Below are positions 1-15,920 of a stretch of DNA of 64,000 nt, piece after piece. The notes under the pieces were generated by a model that had not been told where the DNA came from, searched no databases, and was given only the letters and a program-made list of their open reading frames with translations. Numbering within the stretch: the first letter of the stretch is position 1; each line of letters starts with the position of its first letter. Location: NCBI RefSeq assembly GCF_009914755.1, contig NC_060936.1; one strand, written 5' to 3'. Both the position numbers and the translations under genes were made by a program. This DNA comes from the human T2T-CHM13v2.0 reference genome, Homo sapiens.

Positions 1-1074
1 TTGTTTTAAGCCAATTATATAGATCACCCCTGAAGCCAAGTGGGACCAATTCTATCCAAACTGGATTGATGAAAAATTCAAGGAACCCTTAGAAAGAGGG
101 CAAGAAGAGAATCCTCATAATAATAGACTGGCGAAAATGAACATAAAAGTAGATGGCTAAACGTAAAAAAAGCAAAGAATAAAAATCTAAAATATTTTTG
201 TAATACTGTTAATAGTATGTCTATATTTTCATATGTGTATATATATACATGCATGTATCTATACTGAGGTACAAGCAAGAGAAACCAATGTATGCTAATT
301 TAGACAGAAAGGGAGATTTTTTAAAAGGGATTTTGACTGGTACAGAATCTCCTGAAAGTTGAGTGTCTTAGGTAGATTGCCAAGAAGCAGACCCTGGAGA
401 ATTTATGTCTTAGTGATTTATTAAATGATGCCAGGAGAAGCCAACTAGAGAGTGGGGAAGTAAGGCAGGGAATGGGAGAAAGCCCACACCCATCAAGGGT
501 GCTATCCTATGCAAAGGTAGTTTCAGCCTGATCCCACAGGGGAACTGTATAGCAGAAGTTATGGCTGTCTTGCCCCAACTCAAGGCACAGAAGCTGGGCT
601 TTCTTATTCCACATCTCTGAATCATTGGTTAAGAGTGCTCCTTGGAAGGCAAATTCCTAGGATTTCCAGCTTTCTATGCATTCTGGCAAAAGCTAGCTCC
701 ACAAGCCAGAGGACAGCCCTTGAGAGAAAGATTTAGGCACTGGCTTTTGAAATAGAAAGCACCTCAAATGCTGGGGAGAAGGAACACACAGAAAATAGCA
801 AAAAAGGATCCAGTGAGACCTGGGCAATGCACAAATGCAATGCACCACTTTGAGACAATCAGCTTTCAATTTACACAAGCAGTAACAATGCTCCAAACCA
901 CACCCTGCAGCTGTCCCATGCACCATCAGGGAAATCTCTGATGCTGCTGGTGCCCTGCCAGCACCACTACCCACTGCTGCATCTAACTGCTGACTGCAGT
1001 CATTGCCCCATCCTCACTCCCATGGATTCTGCCTGTAACCTGCTCTTGGAATCTCTGACTTCTAAAGTCTAGCG

Positions 1075-1462
1075 TTTATGGAATACTACACAGCCACACA
1101 AAATAATGAAATCATATCTTTTGTACCAACATGGATGCAGGTGAAGGCCATTATCCTTAGTGAAATTAACAGAAAACCAAATACCGTATGTTCTCACTTA
1201 TAAGTGACAGCTAAACACTGGTTACTCATGGACATAAAAATAGGAACAATAGACACTGGGGAATACTGGAGGGGGGAAGGAGGGAAAGGAACAACAGTTG
1301 AAAAACTAACTGTTGGTTACTATGCTCAGGACATGGGTGACAGTATCATTCATACCCCGAACTTCAATATCATGTAATGTACTCATGTAACAAACCTGCA
1401 CATGTACCCCCTGAATCTAAAATAAGTTGAAATTACAAAAAACAAAAAATAAAATAAAACAA
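1075..1462 (+). mobile_element. L1 (L1PB/L1MA-like) 3' end fragment with A-rich tail
   Basis: Typical L1 3' motifs (GGAATACTAC..., TTCTCACTTATAAGTG, AACAAACCTGCACATGTACCCCCTGAATCTAAAATAA) followed by an A-rich tail. Confidence 0.85.
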
Positions 1463-1699
1463 AGTTTAGGGTGCTAAGTGATGGCAGCCAGGGTGTGTTT
1501 ATACATCAGCTGCAAGAAATGCCAGAAAAGGGAATATCTGGCATTTTTAGCTGTCGTATCAAGAGGCAAGATCCACCTCATTAAATATTAGGTGGGAATT
1601 CCCAAAACACGGGGAGAAGATGATGATGTTGTGTAGAAAAAAAAAAAAAAAGTAAGAGCCATTCACTCCACACACAAATGCATAAAACATTTAGAATTG

Positions 1700-1988
<289 letters not shown>

Positions 1989-2605
1989 TCCATTTAGAAT
2001 TAATATGAAATTGCCATCAGAAATTACCTCTGGGGAGTGGAACCAGAGCTATAGTTTCAGGAGTGGGTGAGAGAAGATTCTTACTTCTCATTTTATATGT
2101 TTCGGTAGTATTTAAGAATTTTATAAGCGACATATGTTTCTTTTTTTGATTTCAAAGAACTGGTTTACTTTTTAAGACCTGTCTCTTTCTTTAGAACTGC
2201 TTTTAAAAAGAGGCTGGAACGTTTTAATTAAATTATGTACCCTCTGCTTTCAGGAAGGGAGGCCACTCAGATTTGGTGGCGGTGGTTACCATTCATTTTT
2301 TCATTCATTTATCAAAGATTTATTGATTGTATGCAAGGCCCAAGAAAGATGAAAGACAGAGGCTCTGTTCTCAAGGAGGGAATTAATGTTATGATGAGAA
2401 ATGTCTTTGAATGTCTTGGGTTTTGTGTTATTTTCTTACATATTGGTGAACCTTTTACTTCAGATAGTAAGTACCCTCTACTATACAGCTTTAACTAGAT
2501 TTACTTACGTTTTTTCCTATTAAATGGAATTAGGAAATATAAGTTGTACATCTTCACAATGATTTCCAAGCTAAATGATGTTGGTGGGGTCTTTGAAATG
2601 AGTTA

Positions 2606-2660
2606 CTGTGGAAGTATTTTATGCTCTTGAACTTCTGTGGAAGTATTTTATGCTCTTGAA
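2606..2660. repeat. 29-bp-period tandem duplication
   Basis: CTGTGGAAGTATTTTATGCTCTTGAA at 2606 and 2635. Confidence 0.9.
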
Positions 2661-2868
2661 TTTCATTCAAGAATTCAATTTAACTTCATTTAAAGATTTC
2701 ATTAGAATTAGGTGACATCACCTTATGTTTTGTGTTGGTTTGCAAAAGACTTATTGCTAGCCAGATGTGCTCCTTTTGCTGATAGTAATATAAGCATTCT
2801 AAAAGTTCTAATTTCTAAGCCTTGGATTTAATACAAAACCATAGGTAATAAAGATGTATAAAAATCTA

Positions 2869-3178
<310 letters not shown>

Positions 3179-3179
3179 T

Positions 3180-3510
<331 letters not shown>

Positions 3511-3801
3511 AATCTAGCACTGAAATATTCTGTCTTCCTGACATCTAGTATTGATTTATGGAACATTTATGATATGGTCAAGCCAAGTGGTAGCTTGAAG
3601 GAGGATGCTTTATCCCACCCTCAACAATCACTCTCAGTCCCCCCAAAGCCACCTTAGGCAAGGAGCTGGATGTGTGAATGCAGCAGCGGGATGAATCCAG
3701 CCCCTTCTAGCAATCAGCTTATCTCCCCTGATGCCTCCTCTCTAGATACTCTGGAGCTACTACTGCTTTAAAACTGGCTGAACTAAAAGAATGTGCTAGT
3801 C

Positions 3802-4097
3802 TTTTTTTTTTTTTTGACAGGGTCTTGCTCTGTCACCCAGATCGGAGTGCACTGGCATGATCACGACTCACTGCAGCCTTGAACTCCTGGGTTCAAGCAA
3901 TCCTCCAACCTCAGCCTCCCAAGTAGCTGGAACCACAGGTTTGCACTATCACGCCCAGCTAATCATTTTTTTATTAATTTTTGGTACAGAGAGAATCTCT
4001 CTATGTTGCCTAGGCTGGTCTTGAACTGCTGGGCCCAAGTTATCCTTCTACCTTGGCCTCCCAAAGTGCTGGGCTTCATGAGCCACCATGCCTGGCC
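3802..4097 (-). mobile_element. AluJ-like
   Basis: Poly-T then diverged antisense Alu; degenerate TSD TGCTA(G/C)TCTT. Confidence 0.9.
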
Positions 4098-4429
4098 TGC
4101 TACTCTTAAGGTAGTTAAAACTCTTTCATTTGGAATTAATTTGTTATGTAAATCATGTTTTAAATCCATCTTTACATTCTGAAATAAAACATGTCAATTC
4201 AGTTGGTTAAAGCAATGTTTTCAATCTGTATTCCATGGAACCCTAGGGCTCTGCAGAGGCCTCTTAGGACAGTGAGAGGCAGAGTTTAAGAGAGAGGCTA
4301 AGGGGTTGAAGCTTTAGAGCTCTGCTTCCCTGCCCCAGCTCAGTGACTTTCCTCTCAACTTTCTATGCATTGCGCTTCCATGTAAAAGTTTGTTTGGAAA
4401 AGGTTTCTGCTGATAAACATAATAAATAC

Positions 4430-4960
4430 TTTAAATTTGAGATGTGTGCTCTCTTCAACTCAGAAATGTAACTTTTAGAAACCATTCTGCAGAAATATTT
4501 GCACACATGCTCAGAGATGTATGTATCAAGAGCTCCTTTATCATTGTTTTGTAATGACAATAAATTGGAAACAATCTAATATTCTTTAATAGGGGCATAG
4601 TAACGCAAGCTATACTATGAAATACTATACAGCTGATAAAAATTCATGGAAAGATCTTTTGGACATGTTAAGTTTTTTAAGAGCATTTTTCAATACAATG
4701 TGAAGAGTATGGTCCCATTTATGTAAAAGAAAGCTGTATATCTGCCTATTATATACATGTAAGTGCTTGGAATAAAGAACTAGAAGGGTATACATGAACT
4801 GTTTCCAGTCATTACCTCTGGGGAGGATAATATGTAGACTTGGGAGGCTGGTAAAGAGGTACTTTTACATTTTACTCCAACTATTTCTCAATTTTTGAAT
4901 GTTCTACGATGAGAATTCATTCAAGTAGAACTTGTGTATGTTATTAAATAAATATTTTTT
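4430..4960 (+). mobile_element. Old L1M 3' fragment
   Basis: Degenerate L1M 3'UTR-like motifs (AAATTGGAAACAATCTAA, ATGAAATACTATACAGC); approximate limits. Confidence 0.5.
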
Positions 4961-5234
4961 TCCAAGAGTTTGGAAACCACTGAGTTAAAGCCTGGTGCTA
5001 ATGAGGCCATGAATATATGCCTTTTCCCTATATAGGCAGGTTGGTACCTCATAGAGAAAATCTGTTTGTCTGACAAAGGCTGCACCCCATATAACCCCAG
5101 CAAGCTTTTGCAACCACACATGGCACCTGTCACAATCAAGATCAAGTGAGAGGGTTTGACTGGTTAATTGCCGGCCCCCCAGGTCACAGCATGTGTTTTG
5201 TTGGTAGGTTTGTGGCTTCATCCTTTGTTCTTCA

Positions 5235-5935
5235 TTTTAAATGGCTTTATTGAGATATATCATACACTTAACCCATTTACAGTATACAATTCACTGGTTT
5301 TTAGTATACTCACAGTTGTGAAACCATTACCAAAATCAATTTAGAACATTTTCATCACTCCAAAAAGAAATCCTTCACTTATTAACAATCACTCCTCATC
5401 CCTCCTCCTATTATCCCCAAGCCACAAATTTACTTTCTGTATCAATAGATTTGCCTACTTTGGACATTTCATATAAATGGAATAATATAGCATGTGGCCT
5501 TTTGGGTCTAGCTTATATCAGTTGGCGTAATGTCATTCACGTTGTAGCATGTGTCAGTACTTCTTTCCTTTTTTATTGCTGGGTAATATTCCATTGTATG
5601 GAAACATCACATTGAGTTTATTCATTCATCAGTTGGTGGACACTTGTGCTATTTCCATTTTTTGGCTATTATGAATAGTACCACTATAAGCATTCATGCA
5701 TAAGCTTTTACGTGGATGTATGTTTTAATTTCTCTTGGTGGTATGTCCAGGAGTGGAATTGCTGGGTCATATGGTGATTCCACTTTTAACATTTTAAGGA
5801 ACTGCCAGACTGTTTTCCAAAGTGGCGACATCATTTTACATTCCCACCAGCAATTTATGAATGTTCCAATTTCTCCATATCTTCACCAGCACTTATTTCA
5901 TCTCCCTTTTTAATCATAGTCATCCTAGTTGGTGG
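5235..5935 (-). mobile_element. L1MB-like 3' fragment
   Basis: Antisense L1 motifs (GGAATTGCTGGGTCATATGG, AACTGCCAGACTGTTTTCCAAAGTGG, TTTTACATTCCCACCAGCAA). Confidence 0.8.
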
Positions 5936-5979
5936 GGAGCTGCTGTATATATTATTGTGTTCTTTAGAATGACCACTTG

Positions 5980-7690
5980 TATGAATTAGGCTTCTGCTCC
6001 AATAGTATTGCCTATAAACAATCTCAAAATTCTCTGGCTTGAACCATAAGCATATATTTCTTCCTTATGGGTTTGCAAGTTGACTGTGGTTCTACTGGGC
6101 TTGGCTTGGCAGTAGTTCTGATCTGTTTCATGTGTCTTCAACCTAGGACCAGGCATGCTCTTCTCACAGGGGATCTCAGAACCTCAAGCAGCAAGCAGAA
6201 ATACTCTGTGGCCTGGGACTGGCACTTGTTATTTCTGCTGTCAAACCTTTGTCCAAAAAGTTCATGTTGCCAAACCCAACTTCAATGAAGCCAGTAAGTA
6301 AACAGTGGCTCACAGTGGCAAAGGGCAAGAGTGTATAATTGTATTAAGTAAGGAAGAGTGGAAACAGTAATCCAGTCTACTTTACCACTCAATTCCCTGT
6401 CCCCAGTTCCATCCTCTTTCTCAGTTTCCAGCACTGCTTAGCCATTATGTTATTATTATAAATTGATGTCATTCAAAATTCCATGTCTCTCAAATCTCAG
6501 AAACTCTCTTAATTCCCCTAAGAACTCATTTCCCAACTTCTCCATTTGAGGCAACAACACCCAAATTTAGAATTATTAAAAGACCAAATGATTAAGAATT
6601 ACAGTGTCTTTCTCCCATCAAGCCTACTCCTCTTTTGTATCAAATGCTGCTAGCTGCTATGCAATAATGTTTTTTTTCAAAACAAAAACAAAAACAAAAC
6701 AAAAGAAAAACAGGTGATTTTTTTCTGGTAATGTTCTTTTTCCCAGCCTCCCTTACTTGCAGCTGGGGTTGACCCTGTGGTGAAACTCTGTTGTAGACTT
6801 CTGGAAAAATTTGGTTTCCTCGTCATTGTCCCTGACATTGAAGATAATTCAATGTCCTTGTCATTTTCTTCGTATTGCTTTGTCTAGGTCATGGATATGA
6901 AACTAGAGGTGGAGTGACCATACTTTAACCATAAGGTGATCACAGCAAGGAAAACCAGATGCAAAGAATTGGGACATAGAATGGAAGAAGGCACATGAAC
7001 ACTGATAACACATGGAACTCTGACTCAGCTGGCATACTCACTTCTGGAGTTTTTGTTTTGTCACTATCTTGTTGATAAAGCGTCAGTACCTTTGCACCAA
7101 CTATCAAGTAATTTACAAACTCCTTAGTGTGGTAATTAAGATGTTCCAAAGCTGTCTCTAAACTTCTAATCTTTCATCTCATGATTATTCTTTGATTTAC
7201 CACTAACTGGCCACCCAAGATCTATTCTTCATCCTTCTCTGCCCTGCTCTGTGCCCTACCTAGAGGGTGATGCTGGTAGCCCAAGTTACCCAGAACCCCT
7301 TGCTTGTTAGCTGCTTGTTAAGTTTGGCCAATGGGATGCACTGGCATAAGGAAGCAAGAGTGGGAAGAGAAAAATTTCAGGATATTTCTTCCCACTGCCC
7401 TGCTTTGGTGCTTCCCTTCTGGCAATGGCCACTTGCTTCCTGACCTGAGCTACTACCAGGTAGCTCCTCCTCCAGGGCTCCAAATCTCACTGGGTCTTCA
7501 ACATGATTTCTTCCCCTTACCCCTTAAGCCCTAGAGTGATAATGGCTCTCCATTGCTGCCAATATCTAGGTGCCTTAACATCTCTATTTTATTCTTATAA
7601 CCCTGTCCAATCTCTATACATGGTCCTTGAATTCTAGTGCCTTCACAAGAACCATCTGCAGTGAATTATTTCCAGCTGGCATCTGACTAA
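5980..7690. mobile_element. Degenerate MaLR/ERVL LTR fragments (MLT1-/LTR16-like)
   Basis: Partial LTR-like motifs recognised by eye; subfamilies and limits uncertain. Confidence 0.35.
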
Positions 7691-10397
7691 TACAGTAAAA
7701 CCTCTCCTGGCACATGCATTTGGGCTTGTATTTCAGCAACTTTTCTCATAATCCTCCCTTTGCTTGAAATCCCTGTCCTCCCATCTCTGTGTCTAGTTGT
7801 CCTTCAAGGCCTTCTCAAAACACCACTCCTCCCAAGTAGCCTTCCTTAATCCCCACAACATGGGAAATCTCTTTTTCCTTGAACTCACTCAGCACATACT
7901 TGATAGTAATTATATTTTTCTGGTTTAAATTATAGTGACTTATGTACATGCAACTCTGGCCAGTTGGTAAACACTTTGAAGTCTGAACTCACATCCAGGT
8001 CTGATTTGTTTTTGTTTTTGTTTTTCTTCTTTTTGCTTCTTCCCAAACTTTGCTTCTCTCTCCCAAAAGCTTGGCACCAAATGGGTACTGTCTCATTCAT
8101 TTGTATTACTACTTATTACTACTTACCACTTATTACTGCTTCTTATTAGTACTACAAGAGATAACAGTTACAGTGAACACTTTATCAAAAAATAGAAAAT
8201 GATGGAACAGACTAAAATTTTCCTTTTGGTGACAACACATTTGTTGCACTTAAAATATACAATAATCATTCATCTATGATACAAATATGATAAGTGATTT
8301 TATTTTTATTTTAATATTTTCAGGTGATAAATCTGGTTTTCTCCCAATACTTTTATTGGGTATCATAGAAAAAAAATGTATAAGCCAATATTCATCTGTA
8401 ACTGAGGGTTATCTACCATTATAAGTTAGAATCAGAGGTATAAAGTTATTTCCTAACCCAGTGTTTTTCACCTCTGCTCTAGGAAGTTCTAGGGATTATT
8501 TCCAAGAGTGGGAATAGGGAGATAATGGGAACCAGTGCCAGGATGGGAAAACATGAACTATAATTGATGAACTGCTGGAGGCTCAGAGTATGCTAGCCTA
8601 AGAGTTAAAAAACTCCATGGGGTTCCAGCCATGGGGTTGTCCACACTTCTGTGAGTTTTATGTAAAGGATCTCTACCAGGTCTTCACAGTGATTATCTGA
8701 GAAAAATCTTCTCATGCTTCTGGCAAGGGAAGGGGAAAATAACCCATTTTGAAACTTGCAACAGCATTTTGTCCCTAACAAGGCCTGCTCTCAGGAGAAA
8801 CTATTAACTGGAATCCAATCTATCGGGGTCTTACTAGAGCCTAACCTACTTGAAGGAAGGAAAATAACCCCAGCCTCCTATAGCCATCCTGCTCCACCTA
8901 ACAGGCAGGGGAAAGAAGGGAGAAGCACTCAGTTCAGGGGCACAGGCTCACCAAAAAGTGCAACCTGATCATAGGACTATAGAAGACTCTCTCCCCTTCA
9001 CACCTTAGGATTACATTACTGAAGGTCTAGTCACCTCAGTTCTTTGCACCCAGTACAGCATGTCCACCTTTCAACAAAAATGGCAATGCACACTAAAAGA
9101 CAAAAAAACACAGTCTGAGTGACTGAACAAGCATCAGAGCCAGAGTCAGAAATGGGAGGAATGTTGGAATTATCAAATGAAAAATTCTTAAAAACTATGA
9201 TAAGTAAGTAGAGGCCTCTAATGAAAAAAGTAGAGCGTATACAAGAACAGATTATAATGTAAGCAGAAAGATGGAAATTCTAAAAAAAGAATAAAAAAGG
9301 AAATGCTAGAGATCAAAATACTGTAACAGAAATAAAAAATGCTTTTGGTGAGCTCATTAGTAGACTAGACATGACTGAGGAAACAATCTCAGAACTTAAG
9401 GATGTAACATTAGAAACTTCCAAAACAGAAAAGCAAATAGAAAAAAGATTCAAAAAAACCAGAACAGAATATCCACGAATTGTGGGACAACTATAAAAGG
9501 TGTAACATAACACATAATAGGAATAGCAAAAAAAGAAAGAAACAGAAGTAATATTTGAAGCAATAGTGACTGGGAATTTCCCCAAGGTATTGTCAGACAC
9601 CAAACCACAAATCCAGGAAGCTCAGTGAACACCAAGGACAAACACAAAAAAACCCACCCAAACTCAAAACAAACAAACAACAAAAACTACACCTGGCTAT
9701 AATATATTCAAACATCAGAAAATTAGAGATAAAGAAAAAGTCTTGAAAGAAGACAGAGGAAACAAACATTTTACCCATAGAAGAGCAAAGATATAATTAC
9801 ATCAGACTTCTCAGAAACCATGCAAGCAAGAAGAAAGTGGAATTAAATATTTAGAGCACTGAAAGAAAAAAAAAATCTGTCAACCTAGAATTCTGCACCT
9901 TGTAAAATTATTCTTCAAAAGTGAAAGAGAAATAAAGACTCATAGACAGACTAAAGCTGAGGGAATTTGTTGCCAGTAGAACTGCCTTACAAGAAATGTT
10001 AAAGATCTCTTCAGGGAGAAAGAAAGTGATAGAGCTCAGAATCTCAGATCTACATAAAGAAAGGAAGCACATCAGAGAAGGAATAAGTGAAAGTAAAATT
10101 AAAACGTTTATTTTTCTTATTTTTAGTTGATCTAACAGATAACAGTTTCTTCAAAATAGCAAGCAACTGTGTATTTGCATATATATATTTACACACATAC
10201 TTATATATTCTTATGTGTAAATAAAGCAAATAACAGTAGGAGACAATAAAAGGAAGGGAGGAAGGAATTAGGGATGTTTTGTTATTGTAAGGTACCTGCA
10301 CTACCCATAAAGTGGTATAGTGTTACTTGAAAGTGGACTTGAATTTATTGTAAATGTATATTGCAAGTAAGAAAAAGTTTAAAAAGTACAATTTATG

Positions 10398-10702
10398 GGC
10401 CAGGCGCAGTGGCTCATACCTGTAATCCCAGCACTTTGAGAGGCCGAGGTGGGTGGATCACGAGGTCAGGAGATCAAGACCATCCTGGCTAACACTGTGA
10501 AACCCCGTCTCTACTAAAATACAAAAATATTAGCTGGGCGTGGTGGCAGGCGCCTGTAGTCCCAGCTGCTCGGGAGGCTGAGGCAGGAGAATGGCGTGAA
10601 CCCGGGGGGGGGGCAGAGCTTGCAGTGAGCCAAGATCACGCCACTGCACTCTAGCCCGGGTGACAGAGCGAGACTCCGTCTCCAAAAAAAAAAAAAAAAA
10701 AA
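10398..10702 (+). mobile_element. AluY
   Basis: AluY diagnostics, TSD AAAGTACAATTTATG, expanded G-run at ~10604-10613. Confidence 0.95.
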
Positions 10703-10772
10703 GTACAATTTATGTGCTATGAAAAGAGACAAAATAGATTCATACAGAATACTCAATTAAACCATGAAAGGC

Positions 10773-11073
<301 letters not shown>

Positions 11074-11534
11074 ATGAAAGGCAGAAAAAGAGTGGAAGAC
11101 CAAATAGGAACAAAGAAGGGCAACAAATAAAAAGCAGTAACAAATATCATAGATACTAATCCAACTATATCATCAGTAATCACTTTGAACAGCAATAGTC
11201 TAAATGCACTGATTAAAAGTTCAAAGTGGATCAAAAAATAAGACAGACCCAAGTATATGTTATCTACAAGAAACCCACTTTACATATAAAAAAACATAGA
11301 TTAAAAGTAAAGGGATGGAGAAAGATACACCACACTAACACTAATCACAAGAAAGAGGAAGTAACTATATTAATTTCAGACACAGCAGACTTCAGAGCAA
11401 GGAAAGTTATCTTTTAAAAGGGAGCATTATATAACAACAAATAGGTCAATTCTCCTAGAATGCATAACAATTCTTAATGTATTTGTGCCTAACAACAGAG
11501 CATCAAAATACATGAGGCAAAAACAGATAGAATT

Positions 11535-11990
11535 GCTTTGTTTTCTGAGGAACTTCTATACTGTTTTCCATAATGGCTGTACTAATTTACTTTCCCACCA
11601 ACCATGTGCAAGAGTTACCCTTTCTCTTCATCCTCATAAGCATCTGTTATTTTTTGTCTTTTTGATAACAGGCATTTTAAGTGGTGTGAGATGATATCTC
11701 ATTGTGGTTTTGACTTGCGTTTCCCTGACGATTAGTGGAGTATTTTTTCATACATCTGTTGGCCATTTGTATATCTTCTTTTGAGAAATGTATATTCAGA
11801 TCATTTGCCCATTTTAAAATTGGATAATTTGTTTTATTGCTGTTGCATTGTTTGAATTCCTTATATATTCCGGTTATTAATCCCTTCAGATGGAGAGTTT
11901 GCAGATATTTTCGCCCATTCTGTAGGTTGTCTTTTCACTCTTGATTGTTTCCTTTGCTCTGCAGAAGCATTTTAGTTTGATATAATCCTA
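11535..11990 (-). mobile_element. Inverted L1 ORF2 3' fragment inside the larger L1
   Basis: Antisense L1 motifs (CTGTTTTCCATAATGGCTGTACTAATTTAC, GTGTGAGATGATATCTCATTGTGGTTTTG, CCCATTCTGTAGGTTGTC). Confidence 0.8.
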
Positions 11991-12049
11991 TTTTATATAA
12001 ATCTACAGTAATCAGAGCAGTGTGATATTGGTTAAAGAATAGACAGATA

Positions 12050-12384
<335 letters not shown>

Positions 12385-12529
12385 CTACATAAATATAGCC
12401 AACTGATCTTTGACAAAGAAGCAAAGGCAGTACAATGAAGCAAAGATAATCTTTCCAACAAATGGTGCAGGAAAAACTGGATGTCCAAATCCCTCCCCCC
12501 GCCAAAAAAAAGAATCCAGTGGGACTGCT

Positions 12530-13167
12530 CTGAAAAGGGAGCACTTTTACTGCTGGTGGGAATGTAAATTAGTACAACCACTATGGAAAACAGTATGGTG
12601 ATTCCTTAAAGAACTAAAAGTAGAACTACCATCTGATCCAGCAATCCCACTACTATGTATCTATCCAGAGGAAAAGAAGTCATTATATGCAAAAAAACAT
12701 GTGCACACACGTTTATAGCAGCACAATTAGCAATTGCAAAAGTATGGAACCAGTCTAAATGCCCATCAACCAACGAGTGGATAAAGAAAATGTGACATAT
12801 ATATATATGCACAGACACACACCATAGAATACTACTCAGCCATGAAAAAGAATGAAATAGTGGCATAAGCCACAACCTGGATGCAGTTGGAGACCATTAT
12901 TCTAAGCGAAGTAACTCAGGAATGGAAAACCATTATATGTTCTCGCTTACAAGTGGGAGCTAAGCTATGAGGATGCAAAGGCATAGCAATAATATCATGT
13001 ACTTTGGGGATAGGCGGGGAGGAGGGAAGGGTTAAAGGATAAAAGACAATACATTGGGTGCAGTGTACGCTGCTCAGGTGACGGGTGCAACAAAATCTCA
13101 GAAATCACCACTAAAGAACTTTTCCATGCAACCAAACACCACCTGTTCCCCAAAAACTATTGAAATT

Positions 13168-13170
<3 letters not shown>
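12530..13170 (+). mobile_element. L1PB-like 3' end nested in the older L1
   Basis: GGTGGGAATGTAAATTAGTACAACCACTATGG...AAATCTCAGAAATCACCACTAAAGAACTT...AAAACTATTGAAATTAAA. Confidence 0.8.

Positions 13171-13214
<44 letters not shown>
13170..13214. repeat. (CA)n microsatellite at the L1 tail
   Basis: Pure AC run of ~22 units. Confidence 0.95.
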
Positions 13215-13216
<2 letters not shown>

Positions 13217-14695
13217 AAATCTAGATACAGACCCTATATTTTTCACAAAAATTAACTAAAATAAATCTCTGATTTATTAATAAATGTAAAATGCAAAATT
13301 ATAAAACTCCTAGAAGATAGCATAGGAGAAAACCTAGATGACTTTGAGTATGGCAATGATTTTTTAGACACAATGCCACAGGCATGATCCATGAAAGAAA
13401 TAATGAATAATCCGGGCTTTACAAAAATTAAAAACTTTTGTGCTGCAAAAGACAATGTCGAGAAAATGAGAAAACAAGTCACAAACTGGGAGAAAATATT
13501 TGCAAAAGTCACTTCTGATAAAGAACTCTTATTGAAAATATACAAAGAACTCTTCAAACTCAAAAATAAGAAAATAAAAAAAAAACCTATTCTAAAAAAT
13601 AGGCAAAAGACCTGACCACAAAAGGAGATATACAGATGGCAAATAAGCATATGAAAAGATGTTCAACATCATGTGTCATTAGGGAATTGCAAATTGAAAC
13701 CACAGTCAGATACCGCTACACACCTATTAGAATGGCCAAAATTCAAAACTCGTAACACCAAAAGCTGGCAAGGATGTGGATGGAGCAACAGGGACTCTCA
13801 TTCTTTGCTTGTGGGAATGCAAAATGGTAATGGTATAGCTGCTTTGGAAGACAGTTTGGCAGTTTTTTACAGAGCTAAACATACTCTTACCAATCCAGCA
13901 ATTGTGCTTCATGTTCTTTACCCAAAAGAATTGAAAACTTATGTTCACACACACACACACAAAAAACTGGCACATGGATGTTTATAGCAGATTTATTCAT
14001 AATTGTCAAAATTTGCAAGCAACCAAGATATCCTTCACTTTGTGAGTGGATAAACTGTAGTACATCCAAACAATAAAATGTTATTTGGTGCTAAAAAGAA
14101 ATTAGCTCTCAAGCCATGACAAGGCATGGAGAAAACTTAAATGCATATTACTAACTGAAAGAAGCATATCTGAAAAGGATACATATGGTGTGATTCCAAC
14201 TTTATGAAATCTAGAAAGGCAAAAACTATTGAAACAGTAAAAATATCAGTGGCTGACAGAGATTAGGTGGGAGGGGAGATGACGAGCAATGCATAGGGAT
14301 TTTTAGGGCAGTGAAACTATTATTCTGTATGTGACTACAATGGTGGATACGTGTCATTCTACATTTGTCAAAACTCACGGGATGTACATCCACAAGAGTG
14401 AACCCTACTGTAAACTATGGACCTTGGGCAATAATGATATTTCAGTGTAGGTTCATGGATTGTAACAAATGGTGTCAATGTATATATACATAGGTCGGGA
14501 GGTTGTATGTATGTGGAGACACAGAATATATGGGAACTCTCTGTACTTGCCACTCTATTTTGCTGTGAACCTAAAAGTGCTGTAAAAATAAAATTCATTG
14601 ATTTTTCTAAAAAGCCAGTCACATTATAACTTTTGCCAATCATGCATGGATTGAATATTTTATCAATTAAGAATTACATTTGACTGTTCATGACA

Positions 14696-14826
14696 GAGAA
14701 TGGCTTGAACCAGGAGGCGGAGGTTGCACTGAGCCGAGATCGCACCATTGCACTCCAGCCTGGGCAACAAGAGCGAAACCCCGTCTCAAAACAAAACAAA
14801 ACAAAACAAACAACAACAACAAAAAT
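14696..14826 (+). mobile_element. Alu right-arm fragment with (CAAAA)n/(CAA)n tail
   Basis: GAGAATGGCTTGAACC...GAGCGAAACCCCGTCTC. Confidence 0.9.
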
Positions 14827-15334
14827 AAGTCATAAATTCTAATGTGCAGTATGAACCTGTATTTGTTCACTTAAAGTCCGGAAGGATTAAAATAGTTTTA
14901 GAGTTTTCTCTCAGTGGTGTGATAATTGGGGAATTTTTGTCTTTACTTTTCTGTCGCATGCATTTTCAACAATGCATTTTCTATTACAGTTGTGATAAGA
15001 GAAAAAGAACAATAACAATAACTGATCAGAAAAAGAAAGAAATCCTTCTAAAAGCAGTGAAGAATGGATTTTTACAGTGTAAGACTGAAAGCTAGGAGAC
15101 CATGGAGAAAGATAGTGAAGTAATCCAAAAGAGAAGGGGAGGGAGCCCTAACTAAGGCAGTGACAGTGGGGTGGGAAGTAGAGTCAAGAAATATTTAGAA
15201 GGCAGAATTAGAGGGACTTGGTGATCATTTGATGTGGAAAGAGAAGGATCTAGATTGATTCCTAGCTAAGTGCGATTCCTGGATAAGAATGATTGGTAAG
15301 AAAAGAAAATCGTTTTGGGGAAAAAATTATGGGC

Positions 15335-15920
15335 CAGTTTCTATGGCTATGTAACAATTCACCCAAAAACCTAGTGAATGAAGAACTAACACAACATGTG
15401 TTTTACTCCTAAATCTGCACTTGGGTCAGAGCTCAGCAGGGGTCTCTCCTCTTTGTTCTGCTTCACATCTGCTTGGGGTGGCTTAAAGGCAGTTGGGGGT
15501 GGGGGCCTGGAATTATCTGAATGTTCATGCACTCACTTATCAGGCAGCTGATGGGAAGATAAATGTTTGAGACCTGTCACAGCAAGGGCTCCTTGGCATT
15601 TCTATCTCTGTGTGGCCTCTGCCCAAGGTCTCTCCAGCATGGTGGCTTCAAGGCAGCTAAGCTTCTCACATTCAGGAATTCCAAGGTGGCAGGAGGAGGC
15701 ACGGGGAGAGATTGAGATCAAGGCAGCAATTGTATTATCCGTGTTTGTAGCCTTGTGGTATCTAGTCTCCAAAATGATGCAGCATGATTTCTACTGCCTT
15801 TTATTTATTACAAGCATGTTAGTAAAATTGACCCACGTTTAAGAAGAGTGGAAATTAGATTTCACCCTTTGTGGGAAGAATGTTGAAGAATTTACAAACA
15901 TGTTCTTAAACCACCACAGA
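15335..15920 (-). mobile_element. MLT1-type MaLR LTR, degenerate
   Basis: MLT1-like termini and motifs (GGCTATGTAACAATTCACCCAAAAAC...TCTCCAGCATGGTGGC...AAACCACCACA). Confidence 0.5.
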